Shown here in pieces: positions 1 to 13,934 of a stretch of 64,000 nucleotides of DNA. Within the stretch, counting starts at the first letter, position 1. The number at the start of each line of letters is the position of its first letter. Source of the DNA: a virus (Duplodnaviria; Caudoviricetes); the IMG/VR virus record IMGVR_UViG_3300021399_000103, positions 64,001 through 128,000 of that record, one strand, 5' to 3'. The notes under the pieces were generated by a model that was not told the origin of the DNA, did no database searches, and worked only from the letters and a program-made list of their open reading frames with translations. The position numbers and the translations under genes were made by a program.

Positions 1-3000
1 ACTAAAATTACTATTTATGCAAAAGGTATTGAAAATGGTACTAGTAAAGAATATAGCACTGATGTTACTACAACAGCATTAACTTTAAATAATTCTGCAA
101 GTTTTTCTAATTTAAGTTTATTTGCATCTAATAGTGTTAACTTATCTTGTGAAGCTATTGGTAGAATGGATAAAATATTAAATTTCTACTTTGATGGGGA
201 TCTTGTTGAAAGTAGACATTTGTCAGCAACATCGACAGAAACTCAAACTTATAAAGTGTCTCCAGAATTAGCAACTCAAGGTGCTCATACAGTTAGAATT
301 ACTTTAAGTCAAGCTAAAATTAACACAACGACAGAGGAATGAGAAGTTCTTACAACTTTAGATCCTCTTGAATTTGAAATTGCGGTTTATGATAGTAATT
401 CAGAAAATTTAACTCCTATCATTTGGTTAGGAAGTTATCAAAATGAATATTATAATTATGATAATATTCAAATTCCATTTATGGTTTATAATCCTGCATC
501 TCCTGCAAGTACAATTGTTCATTTAAAGAAAAATGGACAGGATATTGCTGGTTCTCCAAGAACCATTGAAACAGATGCTACAAATTCTCGTTCATGGAAT
601 ATCTTTGAAATTGCCGATGCAGATATAGATATGTTAAATTATTATTCTATTTCTTGCGGAGTAACAGAAAGAACTATTACATTTATGGTCAGTCAAGACC
701 CAAATCGTTCAATGGAATTAATAAAGAAAGATGATTTGATTCTATGCTTTGACGCTACTGGTCGTTCAAACGCAGAATCTGAATCTAATAGAATTTTAAT
801 TAATGATGCATTGACAAAAGAGAACATTCCAGCAAGTTTTATTAACTTTAACTGGTATAATAATGGTTGAATTTTAGATAATGATAAAAAAGCATGCTTG
901 AGAATTAGTAATGGAGCATCTTTAGAATTACCTATTGGTTCAATGATTTTGAATGATGGCGATCATATTGATCAGCAATCAGTTAGCTTTGAAATGGAAT
1001 TTAAAGTTAGAAACGTTCAAAGCTATGATAACTTAGTTTCTAATACAACTCGTTATGAAGAGGATGACAGCTATTATGCAGCATTCTTAGCGCAGGAAAA
1101 ATATAATAACTATGACTCATTCTTACATGACTATTTACCTACTATTGGAAAAGAATATGATGATTTAAAATTTAGAAAAGTCCAAAAAGATATTAATACA
1201 GAAAGAGTTGTGGCAAAATATTATTCTGGTTCTGGCGCAACTTTAACTGGTTTTGGTATTGGTCCACAAGACGCATTCTTCTCTAATGGTACTGATACTG
1301 TAAATATTTCATTTATTGAGGATAAAGTTGTTAATTTTACAATGGTATTCTCATATCCAGATCAAAGATTATATATTTATAATAATGGTGTTATTACTGG
1401 AGTTATTGCAAATAGTATTAATGATACTTTTTCTATTGCAACAGATAAGTTAGTATTTAATTCAACATATTGTGATATTGATTTATATAAATTTAGAATT
1501 TATAAAACAGCATTAAATGTTAATGAAGTAGTTCAAAACTATGCTGTTGATAAGAAGAATATTGATATTTACGATCAAAACGCTTTAGCAAAAGCTAATT
1601 CCACATTGGGAGAATATCAATTTGATTATCAAGCAATGTTAGATTATAATGAAGCACATCCAAATGCTCCATTAATGCCTTATGTTATTTATGATACAAG
1701 CAGACAAACTTCAGATCAAATATCTTATGCTAAAAAGATTAAGATTCCTATTGATTTTGAATTTGTTAACACTCCATTAGAGCTAGCATATAGAAATGGT
1801 GAATTATTAGCTTTAGCTATTGCCGATGGATTATGTACTGCAAGTTCTAGTGCAGAAGTTAAAGAAGCTGCAGTTAAAGAATACTATTTGCATCATTGCC
1901 CTAGTTTTATTAGTACAAATGCAGAAATGGCAGTGCAAGGAACTTCTTCACAGTTCTATCCTAGAAGAAATTATAAGATTAAAACACAAACAAAATTTGA
2001 TGCAGATGAACAGAAAAGAACTCATATTTATCTAAATAGAGGACCGTTCTTAAATGATTTCTTAGCAGATCAAGAATTAACAAAGAATTTTACTGAATTT
2101 GCTGATCCTACGACAGGCGAAGCTTATAAGTTAAAATCTGCACAAGATTTCTTCTATATGGATAATTACACTGTTGGTACAACTAAATTCACAATGAAGA
2201 TTGATTATATGGAATCTTCTGGAACTTATAATACAGGTTTTGCTAATTTAGTTGCAAATGCTTATTCAAAGCATCCTTTAAGTGATTATAATAAAGCTGG
2301 AGCTTTTGCGAAAACTGTATATGAGAAAGATAGCAGTAATAGTTTTGATGAATCTAAGACTTATTATCAAGATTCAAAAGGAAAAACTAAAGCTGAAGTT
2401 ACTGCAGAAACATATCAACCAAATACATATTATATCACAGCCTATCAGCCATATCAGTTTAGTCATTTAAATGATTACAGAACTTCTGTTCAAGGTTATA
2501 GAGTTTTAGCTTTCCACAAAAAGAAGGTAGCTGGAACAAGTGGTAGTAATTATGAATTTATCGGTTTATACAACATGAACATTGACAAAGGTTCTGATGA
2601 AATGTATGGATTTAAACCCGATAAGAGCATTGTTGGTAGCTATTTAAAAAATAAAGCTATTAGCAAAAAGGCTGAATGTTGAGAATTTGAAAATAACTCC
2701 CGTACCTTCTGTTCTTTTAGAGATCCTTGGGATAGATATGAATTAAGTTTTAAAGGCCCAGATGCTGCATGGTTTGCTGAAAGAACCGCAGATTATCCGA
2801 ATGGAAGTAATGCATTAAATGGTGCGCTCGCGCCAGTTGTTGTAGATAGTTTTGAATATCGTTATAACACAAATGACGATTTTATTGATTTATTAATTGA
2901 AACTTCTACAGCAATAGATAGTCCAGATACTTGCGCGGATATTTTAAAAGAATTCGGCGTAGATATTGCTGGAAATGCTGAAGCCGCAGGAGATTTAATT

Positions 3001-6000
3001 TTAGATATTTATAAGAACTGAGAAAAAGCTGTTAAGTGGGTATGGTCTACTTCTACAAAAGATATTGCTTCTCTTGGTACTTATAATGAGATTGAAGTTG
3101 GTAATGAATATCAGCCAAATAAATATTATGTCTATAATGAATCAACAGGTGTCTATGAATTAGACTCTTCTCCTACTTACAGAGAAGGTATTGTCTACAG
3201 AAATAAAGTAAGCAGAGAAGAAACTGATACAGAAACAGGAGAGAGTATTACAATTGATGAATATGTAAATGCATTTGTTAGCGCAATTCCATATGTAAAA
3301 AATACATATTATATTAAAAATGCAGATAATACATATACCTTATCTGCCGATGATTTTGATGAGTCTTTAACATATTATCAGATTACAGAATATACAGATG
3401 AGCAACTAGCAACAAGAGCCGCAAGATTGGTAGAAAAAGATTCTGACGGAGTATTTGATCCTGCCGCTGAATATTATGTATATGATGGTAGTGTTCAGGT
3501 AAAAGATATTGTTACTGGAGTAGACACTCCAACAAAGAAGATTTCTTTAACTTCTGAATCTTATATTCCAAATACTTATTATAAAGGAAAAACTGTTGTT
3601 TATAATGGTAAGAGTTATAAGTATGATACTCAAGAATATCGTTCTGCAAAATTCTTTAATGAATTAGCAGATCATTTTGATATTGAATATCTTGCTACTT
3701 ATGTTATTATGACAGAAGTTTTTGAATGCTATGACTCTCGTGGAAAGAATTTAATGATGGCTTCTTGGGGCCCTCAAAAGGCTGGTGGAGATTACATCTG
3801 GTATCCAATTTTCTATGATATTGATACTCAGTTGGGTATTAATAATACAGGTATTCCTTCATTTGCATTTAATGTAGACGCAACAGAAGCTGGAAACTAT
3901 TCAACTTCTGATAGTATTCTTTGGATGAATTTCTATAATAGATTTAAAAAGTCTTATGTTTTACAGAAATATAGACATCTAAAGGGAATTACAACTGGAG
4001 TTCCTACAAGTTGGACTAGATTAGCTAATCCACCTCTTAAGAGTATTGACTTTATTGAGAGTTGGTATGAAACAGATCCAAACGTTTGCAATAGTATTGC
4101 AATGCGTGGTACAAGACCTATGATTGCAACAAATTTGGATGAATGGTATAAATATTTAACTATCACAAATCCAAAAGGTAAGTCTACTGGCGAAACAGGC
4201 TATATGGATGACAATGGAATCTTCATTGACGATAGTGGTAAAAATACTTACTTCTATGCATTACAGGGTGATAGATCTCAATCAAGACAACAGTTCTTGT
4301 CTAATCGTATTGAATATATTGACTCTTGGTTAAATGAGGGTAACTACCAGCGTGGTGGCGCTAATAGAATTAGAGGACGTGTTGCCGCAAACAATCCGGC
4401 AAAAACATCAGACCAATGGGTAGCGTCTGCGGAAGATCCTTACTTCAAGCCAAATGGTGAGAAATCACATGAATTTGATGCTGAATATTGGATTAATTTA
4501 ACTCCTGTTAGAAGTTCATACGTTACATTAAGTGATGATAATGAAGCTTATCCATCTCAGAAATATGATGGTATAAATCCAGTTAAATTTAATATTGACG
4601 CTATTGAGAATGGTGTTAAGAATAGTGCTAACTATCCTGAGCAGTTGTTATATATCTATGGTATGAATCAGATGGCTGATTTGGGTGAGATGCATAATTT
4701 ATACTGGCAAGAATTTGAATTATCTGGTGATGCTAGAAAATTAACGACTTTAAAATTAGGTTATGATGGTAAGGATAAAGATAATAATAACTGGTATAAT
4801 AGAAATATGAATCTTCCTACTATTCCTGGAAAGAAGCCTGAAGATGATTCTGGTTTTGGTTTACCTTTATTACAAGAAGTTAATTTAAGTAATATTACAA
4901 TTAATGCAGGCTCTCCTACATTGGATTTAACAAGTTGTGAAAAATTAAGAAATTTAAGAGCAACTGGTTCAAATTACCAAAATTTCTCATTTGCAGAAGG
5001 AGTAGCTTTAGATACATTATATTTACCAGACAGCATTACTCAACTACAATTAACAGAAGCCAACTTATTAACGAAACTTTTAACAGATTATCAAGCTCCT
5101 ACTAGAAATGCTTCTTCTGGAAAACTTGAAGCAAGACCTGGTTTATATATTGAAGGATTATTTGAAAATAATATTACAAATATTAATAATATTAAATTAC
5201 TTGGTGGCGGATTAGGATATGATAGTTATAAATTATTAGCTAAATGATATTCTATTAAAGATGCTTTAGATATTGTTGGAACAGACATTGGTAGTAATCA
5301 AATTACCATGACTAAAGTTAAATGAAGTCCATATATTCAATTAGTTGAAGGCGACACTTATATTTCAGCTGATTCTGCAAAATATTATATGGATGATGGT
5401 CACTATGGATTTGTTCCTTATTCATATAATAGAGATACTTTTAATGCTCAGGTACTAAGTGGAGAAATTTATAAATTAGATACTAGTATTCCTACTGCAA
5501 CGATTGATCAAATTGCGGACGTAGATATGCTTGCGCAAATGATTACAAATAATCATTATACAGCAGGCACTTCACAAGTTCCAAACATTACTGGTATTAT
5601 TTATGTAAATAATACTAATCCAATAGATGAATTATATATTAAAAATACTTTAGTTAAAAATTATCCTCAATTAAAATTCTTCTTTGCTAATGTAACAAAA
5701 TGTTATTCTGCAAAATTTGTTCTACCAAAAGAAGATGGTAGTTATTCTTATGTAAAATTTCAAGATGAAAATATTACAGAATTAACAATTCAAAAAATTA
5801 GTAGTTCAGATTGATTTGAAAATCCTTATAATTTATATGTTGCTGAGAAAGATAATTATGACTTCCATGGTTGGTCAACAACTAAAGATGATACTGGTTT
5901 AATTTCATCTGAAAATTGAGCTTCAGCCAAATCTTCAGTATTTGATCCAAACGTAAATGATTATATATTCTATGCTGTTTTTACTATTCATAATTATAAA

Positions 6001-7119
6001 ATGTCTTATTATGTTGGAACTGATTTAGTAGCAACAAAATATATTCCTTTTGGTTCTGTACTATCAGATCCTCAAATATTGCCATATTATACTGATGATT
6101 CATTAAATTTAACAGAAAATTATAAATTCTTAGGATGAACTCAAAATGAGAGAATTAAAATTGTGGAAAGAGCAAATCAGGCTAATCTTGTTGATTTTTC
6201 AAAAATGCTATCTGTTCAAGATTATAATTTTTACGCAGCATTTAAGAAACAATCTGTATATGATGAACCTACAGATTTAAAATATTTTGATTTTAGTCCT
6301 TTAACTTACGTAGACAAAGATCGTGTATCAGAAGCTTATGGTGATGATAGTTATAACATTACTGGATATATGATTTCTATTAAAGAAAATATGCAGTTAA
6401 AAGGTAAAATAACACTTCCTTCATATTATAATGGACTACCTGTTATAGCTATTGGCCCTACTTTTGGTAAAAATACAAATGCATCTGCGGGATGACAAGG
6501 CGGAGGTGCTGAAATTACCCATATTTTCTGAAAAGTTTCAGAATCAGAGCCTTGTAAATTAAGATATATTTCTAGTTATGCTTTTGCTGGAATGAATAAT
6601 GCACCTACAAATTTACAATATATTGAGCTTCCAGAAGGATTGCGCCATATTGACGGTTCAGCATTCTTCTGTGTTAAACATCTTAAAACAATTACTCCTA
6701 TTGTTAATGGCGATATTGAAGAAAATTCTATAATATTACCTTCAACGCTTAGATTTATTGGCGCCAACGCATTCAATGGCGCTTTTGCAGAAAGTGCTAC
6801 AATTAATCGAATTGTTATTCCGTCAGAAGTTGCTCGTTTAGGAAATAGAACTTTTGGTAATATTGATGCTATTGTTTCTTTAATTGAAATAGGTACTAAG
6901 GAACAAGGATCTTCTTTGGCGCAAATTGATGATGGTATTTTAGCAAATGGTGATAGACCAGGCAATCCAATAATTAATTATACAACAAGGGGATCAATAG
7001 AATCCTTTGTATTCTATTATAAATCACCAACTATAAGAGATGCGGTACAAGATATCGTAAATTTAAATTATATTAGAGCTAATAATGTTAGTTTTGTACC
7101 AGCAAATGATTTAGTCTAA
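1..7119 (+). CDS. Giant tail-associated protein (>2370 aa, 5'-truncated), with LamG-like region, CotH-like kinase domain, LRR and BspA-type LRR C-terminus; TGA=Trp
   Basis: ORF-track pieces 481, 898, 3427, 5389, 6163 and 6592 are all in frame 1 and separated only by TGA (11 seen: 340, 868, 2680, 3019, 5245, 5323, 5812, 5917, 6136, 6493, 6529). Contexts such as NWYNNG*ILD, AEC*EF and FLG*T fit Trp. CotH-like motifs QGTSS..YPRRNYK, DSRGKN, WYPIFYDIDT. Ends at TAA 7117-7119. Confidence 0.85.
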
Positions 7120-7138
7120 TTAAGAAAGGAGAAAAATA

Positions 7139-7360
7139 ATGAAAAAAACTGCTTTATATACTTATTTAGGCACCAACGGAACAATTACTTCTCCTGTTCA
7201 TCTTGAAGATATTTACTATATTTTAAGATATCGCTTAGAAGCGAGTGAAAATAAAGTCCTTGTAAATGATTCAACTGGTATAACAACTAAAACGATTGTT
7301 GTTTCTGCTGAAGAGGTAGATGACTGGAAAGAAATATATTCTAAGGTCAGTTCTAAATAA
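7139..7360 (+). CDS. Small hypothetical tail-module protein (73 aa)
   Basis: GAAAGGAG RBS, intact ORF directly after the giant gene. Confidence 0.75.
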   Translation: MKKTALYTYLGTNGTITSPVHLEDIYYILRYRLEASENKVLVNDSTGITTKTIVVSAEEVDDWKEIYSKVSSK

Positions 7361-7394
7361 TTTAACTTAATGAAAAATTAAGTATAATAGTTAA

Positions 7395-7419
7395 AGGGAG
7401 AGAGTTAATCTCTCTCCCT
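7395..7419 (+). terminator. Stem-loop (AGGGAGAGAG/CTCTCTCCCT), possible terminator or regulatory hairpin
   Basis: Perfect 10-bp inverted repeat between genes, preceded by TATAAT at 7383-7388. Confidence 0.5.
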
Positions 7420-7448
7420 CATTTTAATAAAGATAGGAGGAAAACTAA

Positions 7449-9803
7449 ATGATCACTTATATTGATAGTGAAAATAGACAAAACTATACGGTATTGTTTG
7501 ATAAAGCCTCTACTAAATTAGGTCTAAAGCCAATTATTGAAGAAGTTCGTGATCCAGAAACTCATGAAATAACTAAACATTATTTTAAGAGAAAATATGA
7601 TCAAACTACTCAGGCTTGAATTACAGTTGCTTGTGAACCTGATGAAATTGACACAGCAACAGATTCTATTTTAGTTGATGATGGAAATGGTAATAAAGTA
7701 CCTGTTCAGCAAATTACTAGTTTAAATGAATATTTTCAACATATTAGAGACTTAGCCGGTATGGCTATTGGTACAGGCCGTACTGGAACAGATCCATATT
7801 TTCTAAGACTTCCTCTTGATGAACCATTCTTTGAAATTAATGCTAATACTCGTGGGATTACAGTTCCTGGTGAATTAAGTCAGATTGCTGTAAGAGGTGA
7901 TAAATTAGCTGAAGTCGTATTCTTTAGAATTGATAGATATTATGATGCAGTAGATTTAAATACTCGTCATATTTATATTGAATGGGAATTACCAGATGGA
8001 ACAAAAGGTATTTCAAGAGATTTCTTGAGAGATACACAGTCTGAGAAAGATAAGATTATTTTTGGTTGGGCTATTGGTGAAGAATTAACAAAACAGGTCG
8101 GTACAATTAGATTTGCAGTTAGATTTGTTGAATGGTTTGATAATACTGTATTAGATCAGGATGATCGTAGAATTAATCTTGATACTGCTACAGAAGATAC
8201 TCAAATGCTTTATAGCTTTAGCTCATTGCCAGCAACAGTTTCAGTTGTTGACAGTTTAAATTATTCATTATTTGAAGATGATGAAGATTTAAAAGATTTT
8301 AATAGTTTAATTACAGAAGACAATATTGGAACTATGGTTCTTTATCTTGAAGATTCTGATCCAGATTCTGCTGATGAAACCGCACCAGAACTTGCGGCAT
8401 TACCTATTTATGTTAGAGATTTAACTCCAGCATTTTATGTTAATGCAAGCGCAATTGCGGAAAAAGAAAAAGAATATAAGATTAATCTTGTTAACGGTAA
8501 ACTTGAACTACGCGTTGAAGCTAATGCCGCAGATGGCGGACAAATTTCATATGTATTTGGACGTATTGCGCATACAGCCGACGAAGGTACGGGCGTAGCA
8601 GCAACCGGCGCAAGTGGTATTGTAGCTAAATATAAGTTTATTGAAGCTACAGATGTGTTTACAGATGAAGATGAGAGAACAGCAGAAAACTTTAATACAA
8701 AGAAAACTTTCTTTATGAAAGATTCTACTGGAATGTTAGCAGTTGTTAATGCTAATGATGCAGCTTTAGCAGTTGAAGAAGATCCAGATGTAGAATTCTT
8801 TGAAAGAGTTGCTTATGTTGAGGTACAATTACCAGGTCATTATTATGCTATTGCTGATAATAGAGCTGGTGGAAAGAAAGCTAATAGCGCATACAGTTCA
8901 ACATTCTATATTCCATGGGCAAGTAAGCCAGAAGTTGGGACAAAAATGGCTTCAAGATTTGTTGGCAATGAATTAGAATATACGTTAGCTGCCGATGAAA
9001 GTTTTAATGAAGCTTCTATTGATAATCGTGGTAAGACAAATTTGCGCACAAGTACTACAGTAGTTGCAGATACTAATTTAATTGAATTAAAGCCAACTGT
9101 TACTGCTGCAGAAACAGCTGGTTTAACATATACTTGGTATAAAAATGCTAATAACCATTTAATGGATAGTGGAGAAGTAGCTAATGCTGCTAATTACACT
9201 CGTCCAGAAGGATTAAAAGATGACGTTTGGGCTGCACAAGAAGCTACATTAATTGCAGATGCTGGATGGCAAGTTATTGAAGGTGCAACCGCACCTACTT
9301 ATGTAGCATCAGAACCTGGTTGCTATGCAGTTAAAGTCACAAATGATTTTAATAACAGCGTAACAACAACAGATTTATTAGATGCAGGTGCTTGTCGTGT
9401 AACAGGAATGCCTAAGATTCCATCAATTGATTGGACTTCATTTAAGGCATCAGCTAGTGCCGGCGCAATTCCAAATGCTATTGATATTGAATTAAAAGAT
9501 ATTAATGGCGATGCTGTTGATTATGATAAGATTGAATATCAGTGGCATAAAGTTACAATCCCAGATGCTGAACATCCAGGACTAGCAGCAGATTTAGAAC
9601 TTGCAACAGAAGATGATATGACTTCTCCAGCTTCTCCGGCAGAAGGAATGACTTTTGATGCTGAAGGCAAGGCTAAGATTCCATTCCAGCCTAAAGTTGC
9701 AGGTGCTTTCTTCTTAGAAGTTAGAAATACATTAAATGGTGCTACTGTTATTTATAATGGTGGTGAAGATGAATTAATTGGTACAATTCAGATTTCTGCC
9801 TAA
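7449..9803 (+). CDS. Baseplate/tail protein with BppU-N-like domain and Ig-like folds (784 aa; one TGA=Trp)
   Basis: AGGAGG RBS, ATG 7449 in frame with ORF 7761 across TGA 7617. Motif pattern F.IDRYYD.VDL...IIFGW.I...T...G.I.FAVRF. Confidence 0.7.
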
Positions 9804-9822
9804 TAGAAAGGAGGTTTAATTA

Positions 9823-10641
9823 ATGATTACAACTCCTGAAGAATATTTTAAATATTTATGGGGTATTGAAATCCAAGAACCTCTTTTAGATGAAAATGGT
9901 AATGAACAATTAGATGAAGAGGGAAATGTTATTATGGTGACAAAAAATCCTTATAATAACAAACCTCTTCTTTCTATTATATTACCATCTGATGAGAGAA
10001 CTTTTGATGTCGATCTTTCGTCAAGAACAATTTCAGTACCTACTTTTTTAAGTGTAGCAAAAGATCACAGAGCAGAAACAGTTTACTTTTTAGTAGATCG
10101 TTTCTTTGAATATAAAGATTTAGCAACAACATCATGTATGATTGAATTTATCAATGCAGAAGGTAAAGGTGGATTTTATCCAGTACCTTTCTATGACATT
10201 TCTTCATATCCAAGATATTTTTCTGAAGAAAATGGAGAACAGGTCGTGCATGAAGCCAAGATGATTATACCTTGGTGCATTGAAGGTGATGTTACTGCGG
10301 CCGCAGGTGAAGTTCAGTTTATTTTAAGATTCTATGAGTTAGATGAGACAAAAACTGAATTAGTTTATAATGTCAGAACACAAGTTGCTACTGGACAAGT
10401 TCTAGTTGGAATGGATCCAGGTGTTTTAGATGAGGCCGCTGCAGATTTAGAAGCTAATTTCGCACAACAGATTAATGATAAAATTGAACATGCAACAGCA
10501 ACAATTTATTGAACTGATTTGCCAGATAGCGAATTTAGGTCTGATTTTCAACCATCAAAATCAACGAAAAATTCTACAAATTATTCTAATGGACTTGAAA
10601 ATGCGTCACCAATGAGATTATGATTTAAGGATTCCGATTAA
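9823..10641 (+). CDS. BppU-N-like baseplate protein (272 aa; two TGA=Trp)
   Basis: Similar FLVDRFF..KDL / IIPW.I...VT...G.VQF.LRF pattern to the previous gene. Reads through TGA 10510 and 10621 to TAA 10639-10641. Confidence 0.7.
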
Positions 10642-10659
10642 GGAATCCTTATTTTTTTT
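10627..10659 (+). terminator. Rho-independent terminator
   Basis: AAGGATTCC/GGAATCCTT stem followed by a T-run. Confidence 0.75.
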
Positions 10660-10767
10660 GGTCAAATGGAGGAAAACAAATATATTGTTTTTTTAAGTAT
10701 TTTAGCAAAGAGAATTAACTCTTATAGAGAGTTTTATATATAATAAAGGAGAAAGGAGCGAGCGCAA

Positions 10768-13700
10768 ATGGCAAATGAATTAATTAGAATGAAGTCTGGT
10801 TTAATCAAAAACATTGAAAAAGATGAAACTGGACATTCCCCAGTTAATATTCAAGCTGGAACAATATATTTTGCCGTTGATGATGATAAAGAAACTGGTA
10901 AAATTTTATATGATGTAGATAGTACTCACCGCGTTGTCATGAGCACTCAAGCTGAATACGCCGATGAAGCTGGTAAAACTATAGGTATTACTGGTATATA
11001 TGCAGTTAAAGGTATGCAGACTAAAGCAACTAGTGTTTGAACTGGTGCAATTGAAGGTGTTAATGAGCTTTTTGATGGATTAACAATTGCTTATTATTTA
11101 CCTTATAATGGAACATCAACTGCGGCCACATTAGATTTAACTCTTGCGAATGGAGATTCAACAGGTCCTATTAACGTGTATTATACAGCTACTACAAGAG
11201 TAACAACTCATTATTCTGCTGGATCTACAATTATATTAACTTATTGGTCTGCTGGTTCTATTAAAGTGAGTGGAACTGCTACAGCAGAGGCAAGATGAAC
11301 AAGAGCTGATTATGATAATACTATTACTTATCAATTAAGACATATTTATGGATCATATACAGCTGCTGCTGCTTTATATCGTTATCAAGTTTTATTAACA
11401 AAAGATGAAACATCTTTACTTCCTGTTAACAGTGTAAATAATAATACAGGAACATCAAAAACTTTAACAACAGAATCATTTGATCCTTTTGGTCCAATTT
11501 ATTACTATAATGCAACCACCAATATTGCAGCTGATGGAGCGATTACCGCAGGTAATTTATTTGAACAAGTACTTGCTGATTTAAGGTATTCTTTTAATAC
11601 TGGGACAACTTTAACTGCAAGAAAAGCTATTTATATAGTCGCAATACCTCAATCAAATGGATTGGCAAAATTAGATTCTACTCCAATTACGCAAACTTTA
11701 CCAACTGCTAAAGATGGAAAAATTTATATTTATTTAGGTCAAGTTTATTATGAAAATAGTGGTAATTGTTACCGTGTAGAATTAGAGGTTAATCATCCTG
11801 TATATTATTATAAAAATGGAAAAATTGCTTTATATACAGGAGAACCAATAGCTACATCATCAAACACTGGATTAATGTCGGCAGATGATAAAATAAAATT
11901 AGATGGAATTGCAGAAGAAGCTACTAATACAACAATTTTTGCAACTTCGCCAATTATTGCTAGTGCCTCTACTGGTGCAGTAACTTTATCACATGCAGCA
12001 AGTGGAGTCGCTGCTAATACTTATGGAACTACAGCAACCACAGCGATTAATCCATCTTTTGGCGATACTTTTAGTGTACCTGGATTTAAAGTAAATACAA
12101 CTGGACACATTACATCGGCGGGTGCACATACTGTTAAAATACCTTCTACCTTAGCCACAAGCGAGGTAGATGGATTAATGAGTCATACCGACAAAGGAAA
12201 TTTTGATCTTGGTGTAACAATTGCTGGTAATCAAATTGATATTGGCGATGAACTTAGCGCTACAGATTTACGCACTTCATTAGGATTATCTAATGCAATG
12301 CATTTTATTGGACATGCTACTGTCTCAATTGGAGATAATACTACAACAGATCCTGAGATTTTAGATTATGATTTTGGCGTTAATGGAGCCAATGCTACGC
12401 CAGGAGACGTTATTATAGATAGTACTACTAATTATGAATATGTATGGTCTTCTCTTGGTCGATGAGAAAGGCTTGGTGGAGATAGCAGTTATAAGGTAGT
12501 TCAGAGTGCAGTAAGTGATTTTACTTATAATGAATCAACTACAACTACTACTTTTGTCTCTGCAGTGACTCAAAATACAAATGGTGTAATTACTGTTACT
12601 AAACGCAAATTACCAACATATAATAATTACACTCATCCAACTTATACGGCAAAAACAGCAGCGGCTGTTAAAGTAGGAAATGATAGTACTGGTCACGTGG
12701 TAATTGGAGATGCTCTTACTAAAAGTGATGTTGGTTTAAGTAATGTAACAAATGATGCTCAAATTCCAAAATCAATAGGAACTGCTAAAGGAGATATAAT
12801 TTATTTTAGTGCTTCTGGAACCCCTACAAGACTTGCAGTTGGAGGAAATGGCACTGTATTAAAAGTTAATTCTAGTGGTGTTCCTGCTTGAGCTTCAGAT
12901 AGTGATAGCCATTATACAACTCATCTATATGCAGGTGCTAGCGATGGAAATACTAATGCCGCAACAACAAATGGCAATACTTATTTAATTGTAACTGATA
13001 ATACTACTGCTAGAGATAGAAGAAAAATTGCTGGTACTGGTGCTACAACAGTTACTTCAGATGCAAACGGCAATATTACAATTGATTCAACAAATACTAC
13101 TTATACATTTGATGGAACATATGATTCTTCTACCAATAAAGCAGCTACTGTTTCTACTGTAACAAATGCAATAAATGCTTTAGATGGAAATTTAAATAGT
13201 ACTACTCCAGGAGCGGGAAAGACACTAACTGCCTTTAGTCAGACCAATGGAAAAGTCAGTGCGACATTTGGAAATATTAGTATTACGAAATCTCAAATTA
13301 GTGATTTCCCAACTACAATGACACCAGCAAGTCATACACATGGAAAGATTACGAATGATGGTAAAATTGCGAGTACAGATAATGTAACTATTGCAAATAA
13401 CGATAGATTAATTATATCAGATGCTTCTGATAGTTATATTTTAAAAAATACTTCTATTGTATTTGATGGCTCAACAACTAATAAAGCATTAACTCCAAAA
13501 GGTACGTGAGAACCGTTTAATAATTATAGTTTACCACTTGCCGCAAATGGAACTAGAGGTGGTATTCAAATTGGATATTCTTCAAGTGGGAAAAATTATG
13601 CGGTACAATTGAGTAGTGAAAAAGCTTTTGTAAACGTACCTTGGACTGATACTAAACAAAATATTACATTACAAACTACTAAAAAGGGATATATAACAGC

Positions 13701-13872
13701 TGTTGAGACAACTCCTACTGGTACTGCGGCAGCCCATGAAGGTATTGCTGATACTGGAGTTTATTTAACGACAACTGCTGGTCAAATAAATGCAAAAACT
13801 TATAAAGTAGATGAAGAAGTAACTTTAGAATATAATACAACAACGAAATCATTAGATTTTATTTTTGCATAG
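10768..13872 (+). CDS. Long tail fibre protein A (1034 aa; TGA=Trp)
   Basis: Fragments 10768, 11662, 12565, 13318 and 13609 share one frame, split by TGA. Fibre motifs GLMSADDKIKLDGI, KSDVGLSNV.N, HTHG.ITNDG. Confidence 0.8.
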
Positions 13873-13914
13873 TTAAGGGAGAGTTTGACTCTCCTTTAAC
13901 TTTTATGATATAAT
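13871..13914 (+). promoter_or_regulatory. Hairpin overlapping a sigma-A-type promoter (copy 1)
   Basis: Stem AGTTAAGGGAGAGT/ACTCTCCTTTAACT; TTGACT 13885-13890, 18-nt spacer, TGn-TATAAT 13909-13914. Confidence 0.65.
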
Positions 13915-13934
13915 AAGAGAGAAAGGAGATCGCT

